64,000 bases of DNA, from assembly GCA_951406725.2 (NCBI GenBank), contig OX597817.1:3410001-3474000 (forward strand). Reading direction: 5' to 3'. This DNA comes from Octopus vulgaris. Its lineage: Eukaryota. A model generated the notes under the pieces. It was not told the DNA's origin. It saw only the letters and a program-made list of their open reading frames with translations, and searched no databases. Positions 26,471 through 40,031 of this stretch are shown here, in pieces. Each line of letters starts with the position of its first letter. The stretch's first letter is position 1. A program made the position numbers and the translations under genes.

Positions 26471-26991
26471 AAAAAAAAGATGGGTGAATGTAGCAAGGAT
26501 GGCACGTATGAATGACGAAGCCACCTTGAGCATAATCCTATGAACCCAGAAATTGAAAACAGAGGGTTACCCACTTGCAAACAAATGTGGTAACATATAA
26601 CAATATTGACCAAGGTTACCGTGGTCTTTTTCGTAGGCTTTTCTTCCCACGGATAAACCTTACTTGCTTTCCCCTTTACACCATACATCATGACACTGTG
26701 TTACACGATCCCTATTGATCGTTTTTTTTCCTCTCCCCCTTTTTGCCTCTTTTTTCTTCTTTTTTCATTTTTCTTTTCTATTTTTCCCTTTTTTCTTTTT
26801 TTCTTTTCCTTTTTTCCTTTTTCTTTTCTTTTTTTCTTTTCCTTTTCTTTTCTTTTTTTTTGTTCTTTTTTCCCTTTTACGATCCCTTTTGATCGAAAAC
26901 CTACGCGACCTTTTTTTTCTCCCCCAAAAGAAAAGCTCTACCTTGTAACTTGTCCCATCTGTGTGCAGCCCTGTGTGGCCAATAAAGAAAC
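26471..26991 (+). mobile_element. Probable LINE 3' end (ORF end KRWVNVARMARMNDEATLSIIL* plus pyrimidine-rich 3' UTR) inserted in (TATC)n
   Basis: Flanked by tatc repeats; ends aataaagaaa; terminal 41 nt match SINE tail A; clade (possibly Tx1) is a guess. Confidence 0.5.
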
Positions 26992-27115
26992 TTATCTATC
27001 TATCTATAGCTAGCTAGCTATTTCGCTCAGTAAAAATATGTTTAATCACACTGTGTAAATATAACCTGTCAATAAATTAGAAAAATTTTCATAAATGTAG
27101 AATGAATAATCAGTT

Positions 27116-27164
27116 GACATAACTTGTTTCGACTTTACCAAGCCTCATCAGAGAACGTTATGTC
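27116..27164 (-). ncRNA. Minimal hammerhead ribozyme motif (stem I disrupted)
   Basis: CTGATGA-ggctt ggta aagtc-GAAA-caag-TT on the minus strand. Confidence 0.5.
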
Positions 27165-27390
27165 TTAATTAAATTTACAAAGTAAAGAACCTATTTTGAG
27201 ATGAAGGACAAACTATTTCTGGCGTAAATAATTTACATATGGTGCAAACTTGACCAGCAGGATTTAATAACAAAAGTGCCAAGGCAGCGTTGTTTAGAAT
27301 AACTACGGATATGAAATTCATATATATATATATGATTGATTGATTCTAGTTTCAGCTTATTGAGCTGTGGCCATGCTGGGGCACCGCCAT

Positions 27391-27810
27391 TATATATATA
27401 TACATATATATATATACATATATATATACACATATATATATACACACACATATATATATACACACATATATATATATACACACATATATATAAACACATA
27501 TATATACACACATATATATATATAAACATATATATATATATAAACATATATATATATATACAAACATATATATATATATACACATATATATATAGATACA
27601 TATGTATGTATATATATATACATATATATATATACATATGTATATATATACATATGTATATATATATACATATGTATATATATATGTATATATATGTATA
27701 TATATATATGTATATATATATGTATATATATATGTATATATGTATATATATATATGTATATATATATATATTTATATATATGTATATATATATATGTATA
27801 TATATATATG

Positions 27811-27890
<80 letters not shown>
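27391..27890. repeat. Compound (TA)/(CA)/(TG) microsatellite
   Basis: Direct reading. Confidence 0.95.
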
Positions 27891-27892
<2 letters not shown>

Positions 27893-29884
27893 TGTGTGAG
27901 TGTGTACATATGCAGACACGAATACGCACTACAGCACTGAACAATGGTTTTATAGTAGCAGAAAGGATGTGTGTGTTTATGTGTGTGTTTATGGTCAAGA
28001 AAAGAATTCAATTTGAGTATTTTCAACGCTCGTTTACGTGTCATCCGAGAATATTATCTATGTGGATACAAAGTGAGGAACTCGTTTCTGATGAGATATT
28101 AATAACCACTGAAACTAGTTAGATCAATTTCTTTTTATGAACATTAAAGTAGAAAAAACAAAAACAAACAAACTTTGTGGATTAACCACTTTACTTTCGC
28201 TTTATAGTGTAGTTTTATATGCTTACGAAAAGCACGATGGTTTATCCTGCATTTGTACTTATATAATATCAATAATGAGTTTCAGTACCCGTGGAAAGTC
28301 CACGATGAATGTGAATTTTTAGATGGTTGTAGGTTTATGTGGAGCCATAAAAATTATTGTTCTTGTATAAATTGTATATTCTGCATTATTTTCATCTAAA
28401 AACACCTTTCACTTCTTCTGTAATTGATGGAGTATGACATTCCCATTGTCTCAGCAGTTCAGAAGTTCATTTATAAATCTGAAAGCGTCACAATGATTAG
28501 AAAATATTCATGTCACTAATGTTGTAACTTTCAACCATATGTTTTGTTTTTTTTTTGCTGTAGTTTCAGCTCATAGCAGCGGCCATGCTGAAGCACCGCC
28601 GTTAAAGATTTTTGTTGTCGTTCTCTCTCATTTTCAATTTATATTTTATTTTGAATATCTGTTGTAAATACTCACTGCATACTCTTTGATTCATATTTTC
28701 CCTTCTACACACTGATGCTCCCGTGTTTGTTTTAGTGGTTCGACCCTTTGCTTCTTTTTACGTCGTTGCCTATCCTGTCTCATTCTTTCTCTTGTTAGCT
28801 TACAGTGTCTGTCATCCATATTTTATAAACGAATATCAGTTTTCAAGCGAGCTGATGTTAAATAATTGCACTTATGCGCATGCGTTAAACGATATCATCA
28901 TCACTATCACTACCACCATCATCATCACTACCACCATCATCACCACCATCATTATCACCATTATCCCCCATCAACCTCCACTACCATCATTCTAGTTTTC
29001 AATAACAAAGCTCAGTCTAAACCGTTCGTTTTATTTCAGGTCATTATTTTGTTTATATCTACTTTTCTTGTTGCCAATACAAAGTTCGAATAACAAAATT
29101 AAAAAAAAAGATAATATCCATAATATCTTTGGCTATTTTGCTAGGTTATTTCACTTTCATTGAAAAATCCATCTTTCTTTCTGTGATAAGTTTATTATCA
29201 CATCCAATAGTAAACTTCCCTTTCTTCCGTCCAGCCATCGATGTATTTGTCAATGTGGAGAGACAGATAAATAGATTGGCAAATCCATCTGCTAAACACT
29301 TTATTTCTCCCCCCCCACTTCTTTCTCTTTCCCTACCTTACTTCAATGAACTTTTTAACCATGTCACCCCCTGTTTTACATCGTTATCTTTTCTCTCTTT
29401 CTCTCTTCACCTGTCACTTCCACTAACCGCATGACAGCTTAATGCATCGGCTGGCAATAATGTCACTACTCTTCCCCCCCCCCCTCTCTGTTTGCCGTTC
29501 TTTTGTCTTACCACCAGAACATCACCCCTCTGCTAAACATTTCTAACTCTATCTATATCACTCACTTCAACTAACTTTTTAACCACGTAATAACTATTAC
29601 GCTCCCCTTACCTCACGGCACTAACACTTCTCTCTCCCTCTTTCTCTTTCACTCTTCGTCTTCCCCTTCGACCAATCACGCGACAGCGTAACACATTTGG
29701 GTCTTAGCGTACGAACATAGATGATGAAGAGGATACCGACGACGATGATGACTTTGAAGAGGACTATGATAAAAATAATTATAATAAAAATAATTATAAT
29801 AATATTTTTTGTTTACGTACGATCTTAGACTGTTCGCGGAAAGTGAAAAACAGGTAGGTTCTTTGGTCCATATTTTTTTTATTT

Positions 29885-31250
29885 ACTTCACAAAACATAG
29901 AAATGGAATTTGGGACAAATAATTGTGTTACATTTCAATAAAAAGAAAGACGATAATAGGAAAGGAAATGGGATAATGATACTTGGTGATAAATTAATGA
30001 AGGCTGTTGAGGTGTATGGATATAAGCACTGAGATATTACTAGAAGCCGACAAGGTTAAAAATAGCAAAGAAGATTAAACTGATATTGGTATTAAAGACA
30101 AAATTATATGTAAGAAGTATATTATGGGATGTATCACGTATAAGATATAGAATAAGTATTTTCCAACGGAATAAAAAAGAACTCAAGAAGTTAAACAGAA
30201 ACACACGGAAAATGAAAACAGTATTACGCCCGAAAAGTAATATTCACATGCTTTTCTTCCATTGCCCAGGAAGAATGGAAGAAAATATTTGATAAGTTGC
30301 GGAGAACAATTTGATATGGCATGTTGCTAATCATCCAGAACCTTGGTGGTTGGTGTAAACTTATCTCAGACAATTAATAGAATATGAACATAAGAAATTC
30401 AGAAAAGAGTAAAATATGACATCATGGTGTGAAAAACAATGTTATGATAGTTTATCAGAGATGTAAATAAGCGAGAGTCATATGATTGGCTGCGAAAAAT
30501 CAAACTTAGCGGTTGGAACAAGTGCTAATTTGTGCAACACAAGCAAAATCACTTAAAACAAAGTATTATGAATATCACATCGATAAAAATACTGAGTTAC
30601 TTTTATGTAGTTACACAGTAAGCAAATACAGTAGACGTGTACAAATAGAATATAAAATATTGCAAGTATCGTTCAAAAGAAACTGTGGGAAATATAATTG
30701 GGACAGACACAGTAGGTGGTACGGACACCAAACCAATGCAGTGGAAGAAAAGAAAATGAGGAAATTGTGGGATTTCAACATTCAATGCGATCAAGTCGTT
30801 GAGGCAAGAAGACCCGATGTTATTAATTGTTACTGTGAATGTGAAAGAAAGACACTACACAGCGACTGATAGATATAATGTCTTCAGGAGATAATAACTG
30901 ATATAGAATCTTCAGTAAGTGAGAAGAACAAGGAAAGAATGAGAAAAAAAAACAGGACTTGGAAAGAGAAGTTGTAAATGACTAAAACACGAAAAAGTTG
31001 AAATTGTTCCAGTGATCGTGGGCGTTCTTGATACATTCGGAAAGAAATGAAATCATGGATAGAGAAAATTAGAATCGAGATTCAAACAGAACACACTAAA
31101 CTGTATTACTTTGGAACTGCAAGGACCCTAAGGAAGGCACTTGAAACTTTAGCTGATAAGAGAATTTCAAAAGACTCATCGTTAGTGGCTATGACTCTCT
31201 CCTTGGGTTGTAGTAACGACAGCAGATGCTTGCCATATGGAAAGTACAAC
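29885..31250 (+). mobile_element. Highly degenerate R4/Dong-like non-LTR retrotransposon 3' part (RT end plus restriction-like endonuclease)
   Basis: MEFG..C; LWDFNIQCDQVVEARRPDVI (RPD REL motif); KVEIVPVIVGVL; GTARTLRKAL; followed by a trinucleotide tract. Confidence 0.75.
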
Positions 31251-31327
31251 TACTACCACCACCACCACCACCACCACCACCACTACTGCTGCTGCTACTA
31301 CTGCTGCTGCTGCTACTGCTGCTGCTG

Positions 31328-31420
<93 letters not shown>
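31250..31420. repeat. (CAC)/(TGC)/(TAC)n compound microsatellite
   Basis: Direct reading. Confidence 0.95.
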
Positions 31421-33314
31421 AGTATGGTGTAAATGTAGATCCAGCTATGCTGCGAAAGCATTGATGTCCATGGAAATAATAAAGTATCATATTTTTTCCT
31501 CAACTATTATGTAAATGTGTCAAACGTGCATAATTTTCTTTTTATATTTCATGCAGTTATTATCCTATTATTGCATCGTCTACATATTTAAGATAACTAA
31601 CTGGCATTAGATATTACTTAGAATGTCTTTGGAAAGATTCCAAACATAGTACCATTGTTTACTCGTATGTGAATTTTTCATTTATGCAGCCCTAACATTT
31701 GGCAAAAGAGAAAAAATACGAAATACGAAATGCGAATATATTTCTTCAAACACTCCTTGCCAACTATTTACAGACTGTATTTTCCTTGTCTGATTTGATA
31801 ATGACTTGGTGCTTTACTGATTTTTGATGCGTCAGTTTTCTATGTAACGTATCTATTTTCTGTTTTTGTAATATTCAGTGTTTGTTACAAAGCTAGAAGC
31901 AAAGTTCTCGCATTCATAAAATAGCCAATCACTGAATTCATTCCTATCCCGTATAACTTATCCTGTTAAAACTTAAAGTCTACCAGTAAACATTTTAATA
32001 AATATTTCTTTTAAACTTTTCTTTTCTTTAAAATAAATTCAGTTTACTTTTATTTTGCTCCTTTGCCAAATATTTTTTATACTAGTTACTTTTAATGTTA
32101 GAGACTATTACATAAATATGTATATAATAAGTGTTTAGAATATGAATTTGTTGAACAGCGAATTTCAAAAAGAAAGCTATGTGACAATGAGATCTGTTCA
32201 CAGAAAATTTTTGTGAGTGATACACGCGCAAGTACGCTCGTTCGCACTCACACACACCAAAGAACTTCTGAATTGAAATTTTTCTTTTATAGTTGGAAAA
32301 AAAAAAAAAAAAAGAAAGATCAAAGTTAATTTACATGCTCAATGAATCCATAATTAGATCTTTAAGTGGCAAATATGAAGATTTACAAATCAATCGATAA
32401 TGAATATATTGAAATGGAAACTTTCAAAATCTTTGCCAGATACATGATAGGCAAATCTTTGTATATATGTCATCATATCCTCCCTCAAAACTGCCAGTGA
32501 TTTATAGGCTGATGGTTTAAAAAAAATCTGTTGGTCATTGTTATGTGCACTGGCAATATAATATATCATTATTTTTACAGATAGCACGACCACAACGAAA
32601 CCTCTGTGTATGCTGCAAATGTCACACAGTGGCATCACGGATGTGAACTCAAGATGGAGATGCAAATTTATTAGCTATTAAACCAATAATACATACACAC
32701 ATACATACATACATACATACATACATACATACATACATACATACATACATAGATACATACATACATGCATAAATGCATACATACATACATACATACATAC
32801 ATACATAATAATATAAATAATATATGAATATATGCTTATATACATACATATATGTACACACCTACATATATATGTATATATACAGGCATATATGAACACA
32901 ATGAGAAATGAAAACATAAAAACAAAAACATTGGAACAAACTTTTTTTCACACAACGATAAAACAGAGAAACAAGACATATAACACAAGGGATATTCCCC
33001 TTCATCAGTTGTCCCTGTTTCATCTACTCCGCGTTTCGAAGGTAAGGACAAGACGCGACTTCGTTGAAACAGTCCTTCCCGCAAAGCAAATTAAATAAAA
33101 AAAATTTTTTTTTGCGGAGGGATAAAAGTGGTAAAAACTAGAACAAGACAGTAAGAACAAAACAAGACAGTAAAAGATAGAACAATGAGAATAACACAAT
33201 AAAAACAAACGATGAGGGCTGTTAAGACGATGGAAAAATTATTCTGAACACTTAATACATACATACATACATGTAACAAAGTGTAATTCGGAGTATTTGA
33301 AACAAATTTAATGA

Positions 33315-33369
<55 letters not shown>

Positions 33370-33372
<3 letters not shown>

Positions 33373-33577
33373 GGTCCCGGGTTGATTCGGGGTTAACCAC
33401 AGTAAGTAAGGTACTCAATACATAGCAGAGTAAGATTAATTTATTATATAGAAGGAGCTTCTACAGGACTAGTACTGTTTCATTCAAGAGAAATCTTCAG
33501 GAAGCTTCCTGAAGATTTCTCTTGAATGAAACAGTACTAGTCCTGTAAACTCCTTCTATATAATAAATAAAATAAAA

Positions 33578-33580
<3 letters not shown>
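33370..33580 (-). mobile_element. (TA)n-embedded fold-back element with a complete type-I hammerhead motif (Penelope-like pLTR remnant)
   Basis: 43-bp perfect arms 33462-33504 and 33505-33547; minus strand agcttc-CTGAAGA-t ttc tctt gaa t-GAA-acag tactagtc ctgt-A-gaagct. Confidence 0.75.
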
Positions 33581-33625
<45 letters not shown>

Positions 33626-34263
33626 TATATTATCTATCATTACTGAACTTAACAGTGATCGGCATCCAGACCGTCGTAGCCGTTAGGAAACCAAATCTTA
33701 TGATTCAGATGTTTAGATGTAACAAGTTATATTTGTTTAAAACATTTGCCAATATTTTACCGAAGTTTATATCCGTTGTCTAATACTCACAGACATGAGG
33801 GGAATAATGATTGGTCCTCTGGTAGAAATTCTCTGTGGAACCAAACATCATTAAAAGATGAAATCTTTGTTTCATTAGTCGAGACATTAGAAATGTCTTG
33901 CTCCCATGCCAGATACACTCAAACACACAACAAACACACATATAAACATTCATATATATTTATGTGTGTGTGTGTGTGTGTGTGCGTGCGAGTTTGAATA
34001 TATATATATATATATATTTATGCATGTACGTATATAAATACATACATACATGCATACATACATATATATGATATATAAATATTTATGTATACACATAGTG
34101 AGAGAGAAAGAGAGAGGGATAGAGAGAAAGGGATAGAGAGAGCGAGAGAGAGAGAGAGAGAGAAAAAAAAGGCGAGTGAGAAAAACATATCTGTCAACCT
34201 AATTCCAGCATAAATATATTTTTAAAATTTCATCAGATTTGTATAGGATTTCTTCTTAAATAA

Positions 34264-34322
<59 letters not shown>

Positions 34323-35989
34323 CAGATATTTTTACCTTGTCCCATAGACAATTTCGTATTCCAATAATAAATCATTAGTAATACTGCCGTACCGGATCTC
34401 AGAAGTTCAGAATCTACTACTTTGCCCTCTATAACTCTGATACGACACCGCTTCATTTCCCACGGCAAAATATATTTAAAAATAAAACAAATGCAAAACG
34501 AACAAACAGCATAAACTATCGTTAAGAAGGATAACAACAACAGACTTATTTAACAAGAAGGAGTAAATATTATAAATGTTAACAATTTTCTGTGGAGAAT
34601 AACTCGTCGACGTTTAGTTTTACTGAAAAAAAATTATATTAAGGAAATTAATAAACGTTTTTGCCTGGAATTTTGTAGAGGAGAGCCTAATAATGCGTTT
34701 AATCAAATGGTAATATTGTACAAGAAATGTAAGGATGGAATTTAATAACCAAAATATATAGAATAATTTCAGGAACGGTGAGATTTATTAAAAATAATTG
34801 TTAATGCAGGAATAGTTGAATAACGGAAGAAATGTAGCCAGAGGTTTAGTTACGTCGTTCTCTTTACGTTCTGTATATTATGCATTCAAATCCCGTAGGT
34901 TTTGGCATTACTTTCACCTTTCTGTTAACACTCATCAGGTACACCTATGATTAAAAGTGTACCAGACATGGTCATCCTTTTTGTACCTCAGAGAGTATAT
35001 TTTCAAGCAAGGACAATGAAGAGGCGTGGCGTGTCTTCACTAGAATAGGGAGGAGACGAGACTGGAGAATTGTGAGAACTACATCTAGTGGAAAGTAAAA
35101 AAGAAAACAAGAGAAAAAGAAAGGAAAAGATCCGAATCCAGATAATAGGAGAGCTTAAGGATGAAAGATCTCCTCTGAAAAGTGCCTTACAGCATGCAGT
35201 ACTTGGACATTACGGTAATCATGTGAGGTAACTATAGATTACTAGTAACAGGAAATCCTAGAACTGCAGAGGAGTTTGAGAGGAAAAATTTAAAATCCAG
35301 CACCCCAGGTAGGCGAGTCATCTGTTATACACGTGGGAGCCAAATCTATTTAACAGATTTAAAGCCTAAAAGATCGAAAGCATCTGCAACAAATCATGGC
35401 GGTTGCCGTTCATCCCGCTGGGGTCGATAACAGAAAGTACCAATCAAGTACTGGTGATACTGTATCAGCTATTCCCCACCCCTCAAAATTACTGGACTTG
35501 TGCCTAAATTAGAAATCTTCGAGCTGGTATGAAGGCGGTGAGCTGGCATAAATATTAGAACGCCAAGAAAGATGTTGCGGAATTTCTTCTGATTCTTTAC
35601 TTTTTGAAATCGGATCCAAACAAAGTCAACTTTCTCTTTCATTCTTTAATTGTAGATAAAATAAAATATCAGTGAAGTTCTGGCATTAATTGGATCTGTT
35701 TATCCATTTTCCGGCCCTTTGTCTATATTAGAACCAATTAAATTATCACTAGAAATGTAGCTATTGGCTGAATCGGTAGAAGCTGGATAAAATACTTTGA
35801 TGTATTCAGTTGGGTTTTTTAAGTTCTGAGTTTGAATCCTGACAAGGTCGACTTTTCCTTTCCAACGTCTGGAGTCAATAAAATAAGTACCATGTAATAC
35901 TGACGATCGATTTAAAAGATACTATTCCATTATTCTAAGTTGGTAGCATTGTACATAAAAAACCGGATGGCAACATTGTCACATTCTGC

Positions 35990-37500
35990 ATAAACAATGT
36001 AATCTGAAGTGATTGCTATATTTACTGCGGCACATCTCTTCTTTATACTGTCGGCATGTTCTTCTATCGAACAGTACAGCTTAGGCCTCAGAAACTTATT
36101 CCGCGTCGTAATGCAGCTTCTATGCCAAGAGATTCATCACAAGAATGATATCTTCACTGCGCCATCTTAAAGAAAAGCATCAAAGCCAGAAGCCTATCAG
36201 TAGAGACAACTTGTTAAGTTGTTCATTTGTTATCAAGATCAGGAGCATCGTACGATATTTCCATGTTGAAACGGTGGGTAATCTGGATTACGATGAATCT
36301 TTATCCAAAGAATATGAGAAGTGTAGAATCTAGTTAGGATCTGTTTACACTTTACACTTTTAGGTATCTTCATTGGGATGCTCATGAAACATGCATTCGA
36401 CTCCTCAGCCGATGGTGTTTAGTTCCATTCAAGGTCAGTCAGCCACAAAGACTATAAGTGAAAACTAAGACAAGGTTAGTTACCATCAGTAACATGCTGA
36501 GTGCTGATAATCGTGTTATCTTCTCATATCGTGTAGAAGGTTTAAGAAAACCTTGTGAATATTTTATCAGGAGCTATTTGGTTTTATAAAATATCTCAAG
36601 AAGTCAAAATCATGGGAGAGAACTGAACCTTGTACATAGATATCAGTATCTCGGTACCACTGCTTCGAGCAATCTAAATCGAGATCTAAGACTAGAGAAA
36701 CGCTTAGTCAAAAAACATCAACTAATGTCGGTGTAGGAGTGGCTGTGTGGTAAGTCGCTTGCTTACCAACTACATGGTCCCGGGTTCAGTCCCACTGCGT
36801 GGCACCTTGGGCAAGTGTCTTCTACTATAGCCTTGTGAGTGGATTTGGTAGACGGAAACTGAAAGAAGCCCGTCGTATATATGTACATATATGTATATGT
36901 ATGTGTGTGTAGATGTTTGTGTATCTGTGTTTGTCTCTCCAACATCGCTTGACAACCGATGCTGGTGTGTTTAGGTAACATAGCGGTTCGGCAAAGAATA
37001 AGTCCTGGGGTCGATTTGCTCGACTAAAGGCGGTGCTCCAGCACGGCCGCAGTCAAATGACTGAAACAAGTAAAAGAGTAATGTCGGTGTATGAGGCTCT
37101 ATTCTCAACGCAATTCTTTATGGCATCAAGTCGTAGATAACATACTTTTCATACGAACATAAATTTCATGTGTTTCATGTTAGGTGTCAGTCCAGAATCC
37201 GTGGGATTGAATAGCAAGACAAGATCAGCTGCTGTGATGTACTGAGCAGGGAAATATCCCCTCTAAGATGATTTTCCTGTGCCACCAGCGACTTTGGTTG
37301 TTTGGATATGTTCGTAGTCAGGATAATGGTAGTAGTTTAAAGCAAAAAGACCTATATAGTAAAATGGCATGGAGATTGAGAGGCAAATTTTCCCCCCATC
37401 TGCAATACAGGGATGTGTTCAAAGGTGATATGAGAGCGATTGACTTCAACCTTGTCAATTGGGATGCAGTGGCTGGCAAGCGAACTCAATGATATTGCAA
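35990..37500 (+). mobile_element. Degenerate RTE (BovB-like) LINE RT region, interrupted by a SINE
   Basis: MISSLRHLKEK; YQYLGT; YEALILNAILYG; QRLWLFGYVRS...LQYRDVFKGDM. Confidence 0.7.
36736..37078 (+). mobile_element. CORE-type SINE family C with 13-bp TSD
   Basis: tRNA head, CORE-like accttgggcaagtgtcttc, CR1-like tail; TSD taatgtcggtgta at 36723-36735 and 37079-37091. Confidence 0.9.
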
Positions 37501-37887
37501 GTGTCACAGGGATTAAGAAGTAGATGAAAACCTAAAACTTATATGAAAAAAGCTAGCAGCCTCATATAAAATCTACATACACCTCATCTACACAAGAAGC
37601 ACCGATCTTTGTATATTAGGTCTAAGATCCTGTTTGAAGGTTTGGGATTAGTCTTCATAGTCCACCTCTTCTTGCTCCTCCTTCTTCTTCCCCTCCTGCT
37701 CTTGTTCCTTCTCCTTCTCCTTTTTGCTTTCTTTCCACTTGCTGTTCCACTTCTTCCTCCCATCCTTCTCAGCCTCATTTCTCCTCTTTATCATCGCCAT
37801 CCTCCCAACTTTTCTGTTCTTCGTCCTCTTATTCCTTCCCCTGGTACCCTCTGTAGACTGCAAAACTGACAGATACTCGTCATAGTA

Positions 37888-37922
<35 letters not shown>

Positions 37923-38794
37923 TAGTAGCGAATACAGACGGGGGAAATGCTATCACATCACCTGTAACTGGTTATTTGTTATCATTAGTGAAACATTGCT
38001 AAATATTCTATTTATCCAGTATTCTTCAGATGTTTGACCTATAATTAGGGTTTCCTACTATTAAGGTGCATTTTGTTCCATGGTGAAATACGAAGAAAAC
38101 ATTTCAACTTGGGATGTGTCAGTTTTTCACCCAACTGCAATAATACCTGTGCAAGCACTGGTTCAACTTTGGAGCTGAATGGTGGTTTTACCATCAGCCA
38201 GCAGCCACCAGGTGCCAACAGTGGTTAATCGCCCGTCAGTCACTCACGTGTTTCATTTTCAAGTTATCCGTACTCCCGTATTTCCGTTAATTTTCTCGGA
38301 ACGCACCGACCCATTCATAACAATGTCTTCACAAGGTAAAAGCAAGAAGCAGAACACAGCAGAAGAGAAAGGATCGTAAACAAGCGATGAATGAATATAA
38401 CATGAAGTCGTCTATATTGTAAGGCAAATTCAAGTTATTTAGTAAATGATAAAATAGGCTTCAACACACGAATTCACATAAAAAATCTTGCAAACCAAGT
38501 ACTAAAACGAAATATATTTTCTTATTCTTCTTATAAAAGTTTAGAGAATTTATCGTAATTTGTGTTCTCATATAAAAAACAAAACTCTCTGAAATGGACT
38601 ACTGCTTCTCGAAGTACAGTATTTTATTATATTTTACCGTATTTAAAGCACCCATATTTTATTAGGTTTATAAAACTGTTCTTTACTAGAATTACTCTTT
38701 TATTTCCTCATATTTCTCTTAGTTTTACTATATTCAGAGTACTAATAATAATACTGATGCACATATAGAGTTTTAATGAGTTTTATAAGATGCT

Positions 38795-39204
38795 TGGATC
38801 TTTTCGGTTTGAACGGTAGTTTTTGACATAATTTCTAGGTAACTAAACAATTTTAAACTTCGCATACTGGTAGAATGTGTTTATAAAACATCTTTTTCTC
38901 TTGGCTTTATTGAGAAAATTCTATAGCTTGTAAGATATTTGTTGTTTTTTGTTCAATTTCTGCAATTTCAACCAATCAGTGACGTCTATTGAGTTAAAAA
39001 GCATTCTGTGCCGTATGAATATGTCCCTCGTTTAAGAAACAGATTGGGTTTATTTACATTTGTGAAGGAAAAAAGATACCCTTCCCCCACCCCTAACCCT
39101 AAAACAGATTGAAATGCAATAGATCGATTCTAGGGTCATAATTATGGGTGACAATTTCATATGACACCGCTAGAAAAAACTGCCGTTCAAACCGAAAAGA
39201 TCCA
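38795..39204. mobile_element. Non-autonomous DNA transposon (MITE) with ~30-bp TIRs
   Basis: tggatcttttcggtttgaacggtagttttt and aaaaactgccgttcaaaccgaaaagatcca, one mismatch. Confidence 0.85.
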
Positions 39205-39979
39205 GGAGCTTTGCTAACTGAAAGAATAATGATTAATTATTTTGAAAATTCAGTCATCTGGCAATACTGTGGTCCCAGTGGTGCCGAATAAGAGGGAGTT
39301 TCCTGAATTAAAACACCTATTAAGAGCGATGGATTGAGTTAAAATCTCACCAATATCGATTTTGCCCTTTCAAAATTTTGGATTTCATACTGGGAAATAG
39401 TCTAATCGTTTAAAGCTGAAGTAGTTGCTCGATCTGCTTCTTGTCTTCCATAAACATAACCTACCATCTTAAAGAAAGATGTAATGCAGACAACATTCGA
39501 TTATGTATTTGAGGCACAATGCCCCACAATCTACCACCAATAAAAAGAAATGTGTAGCAAGGTGGCAGGACGATATTAATAGTAAGTTTGCTCATTCAGG
39601 TCTGACTTGGGCTAAGAAGAATAACATCATGCTAAAATGTGGAGGTATTTCTCTCAGTAGTTCATTCAGATATAACGAAGAAAAAAGAAAAAAATGAAAG
39701 AACCAACTAAGTTTCAGCGTTAATAAAATGCAAAAAATGAAATCATCATATCACTAAAATATACGCCATAAGTTACATTTTAAAACTAAATTTGAAATGA
39801 GAAATACTTGACTTACCTTCGAATTTTCTTTTAGACTGTGCTGGAAATAAAACAGAAATGAAAGAAAATATAAAATCTCACAGCGAAGTAAAAAAGAGAA
39901 AAATATTTATATATATATATAAATGTGTGTGTGTGTGCGCGCGTATATCTTCCTCCCTCTCTCTTATATATATATAGAT

Positions 39980-40031
<52 letters not shown>

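Noticed and set aside
29720-29775. Acidic DDEEDTDDDDDFEEDYD stretch
   Set aside because: Decayed GAY repeat with no splice or ORF context
31047-31503. Poly-Y/V/S/L/T ORFs (also 57747-58126)
   Set aside because: Trinucleotide microsatellite read-through
39089-39103. ccctaaccctaa telomere-like motif
   Set aside because: Only two units, internal to a MITE
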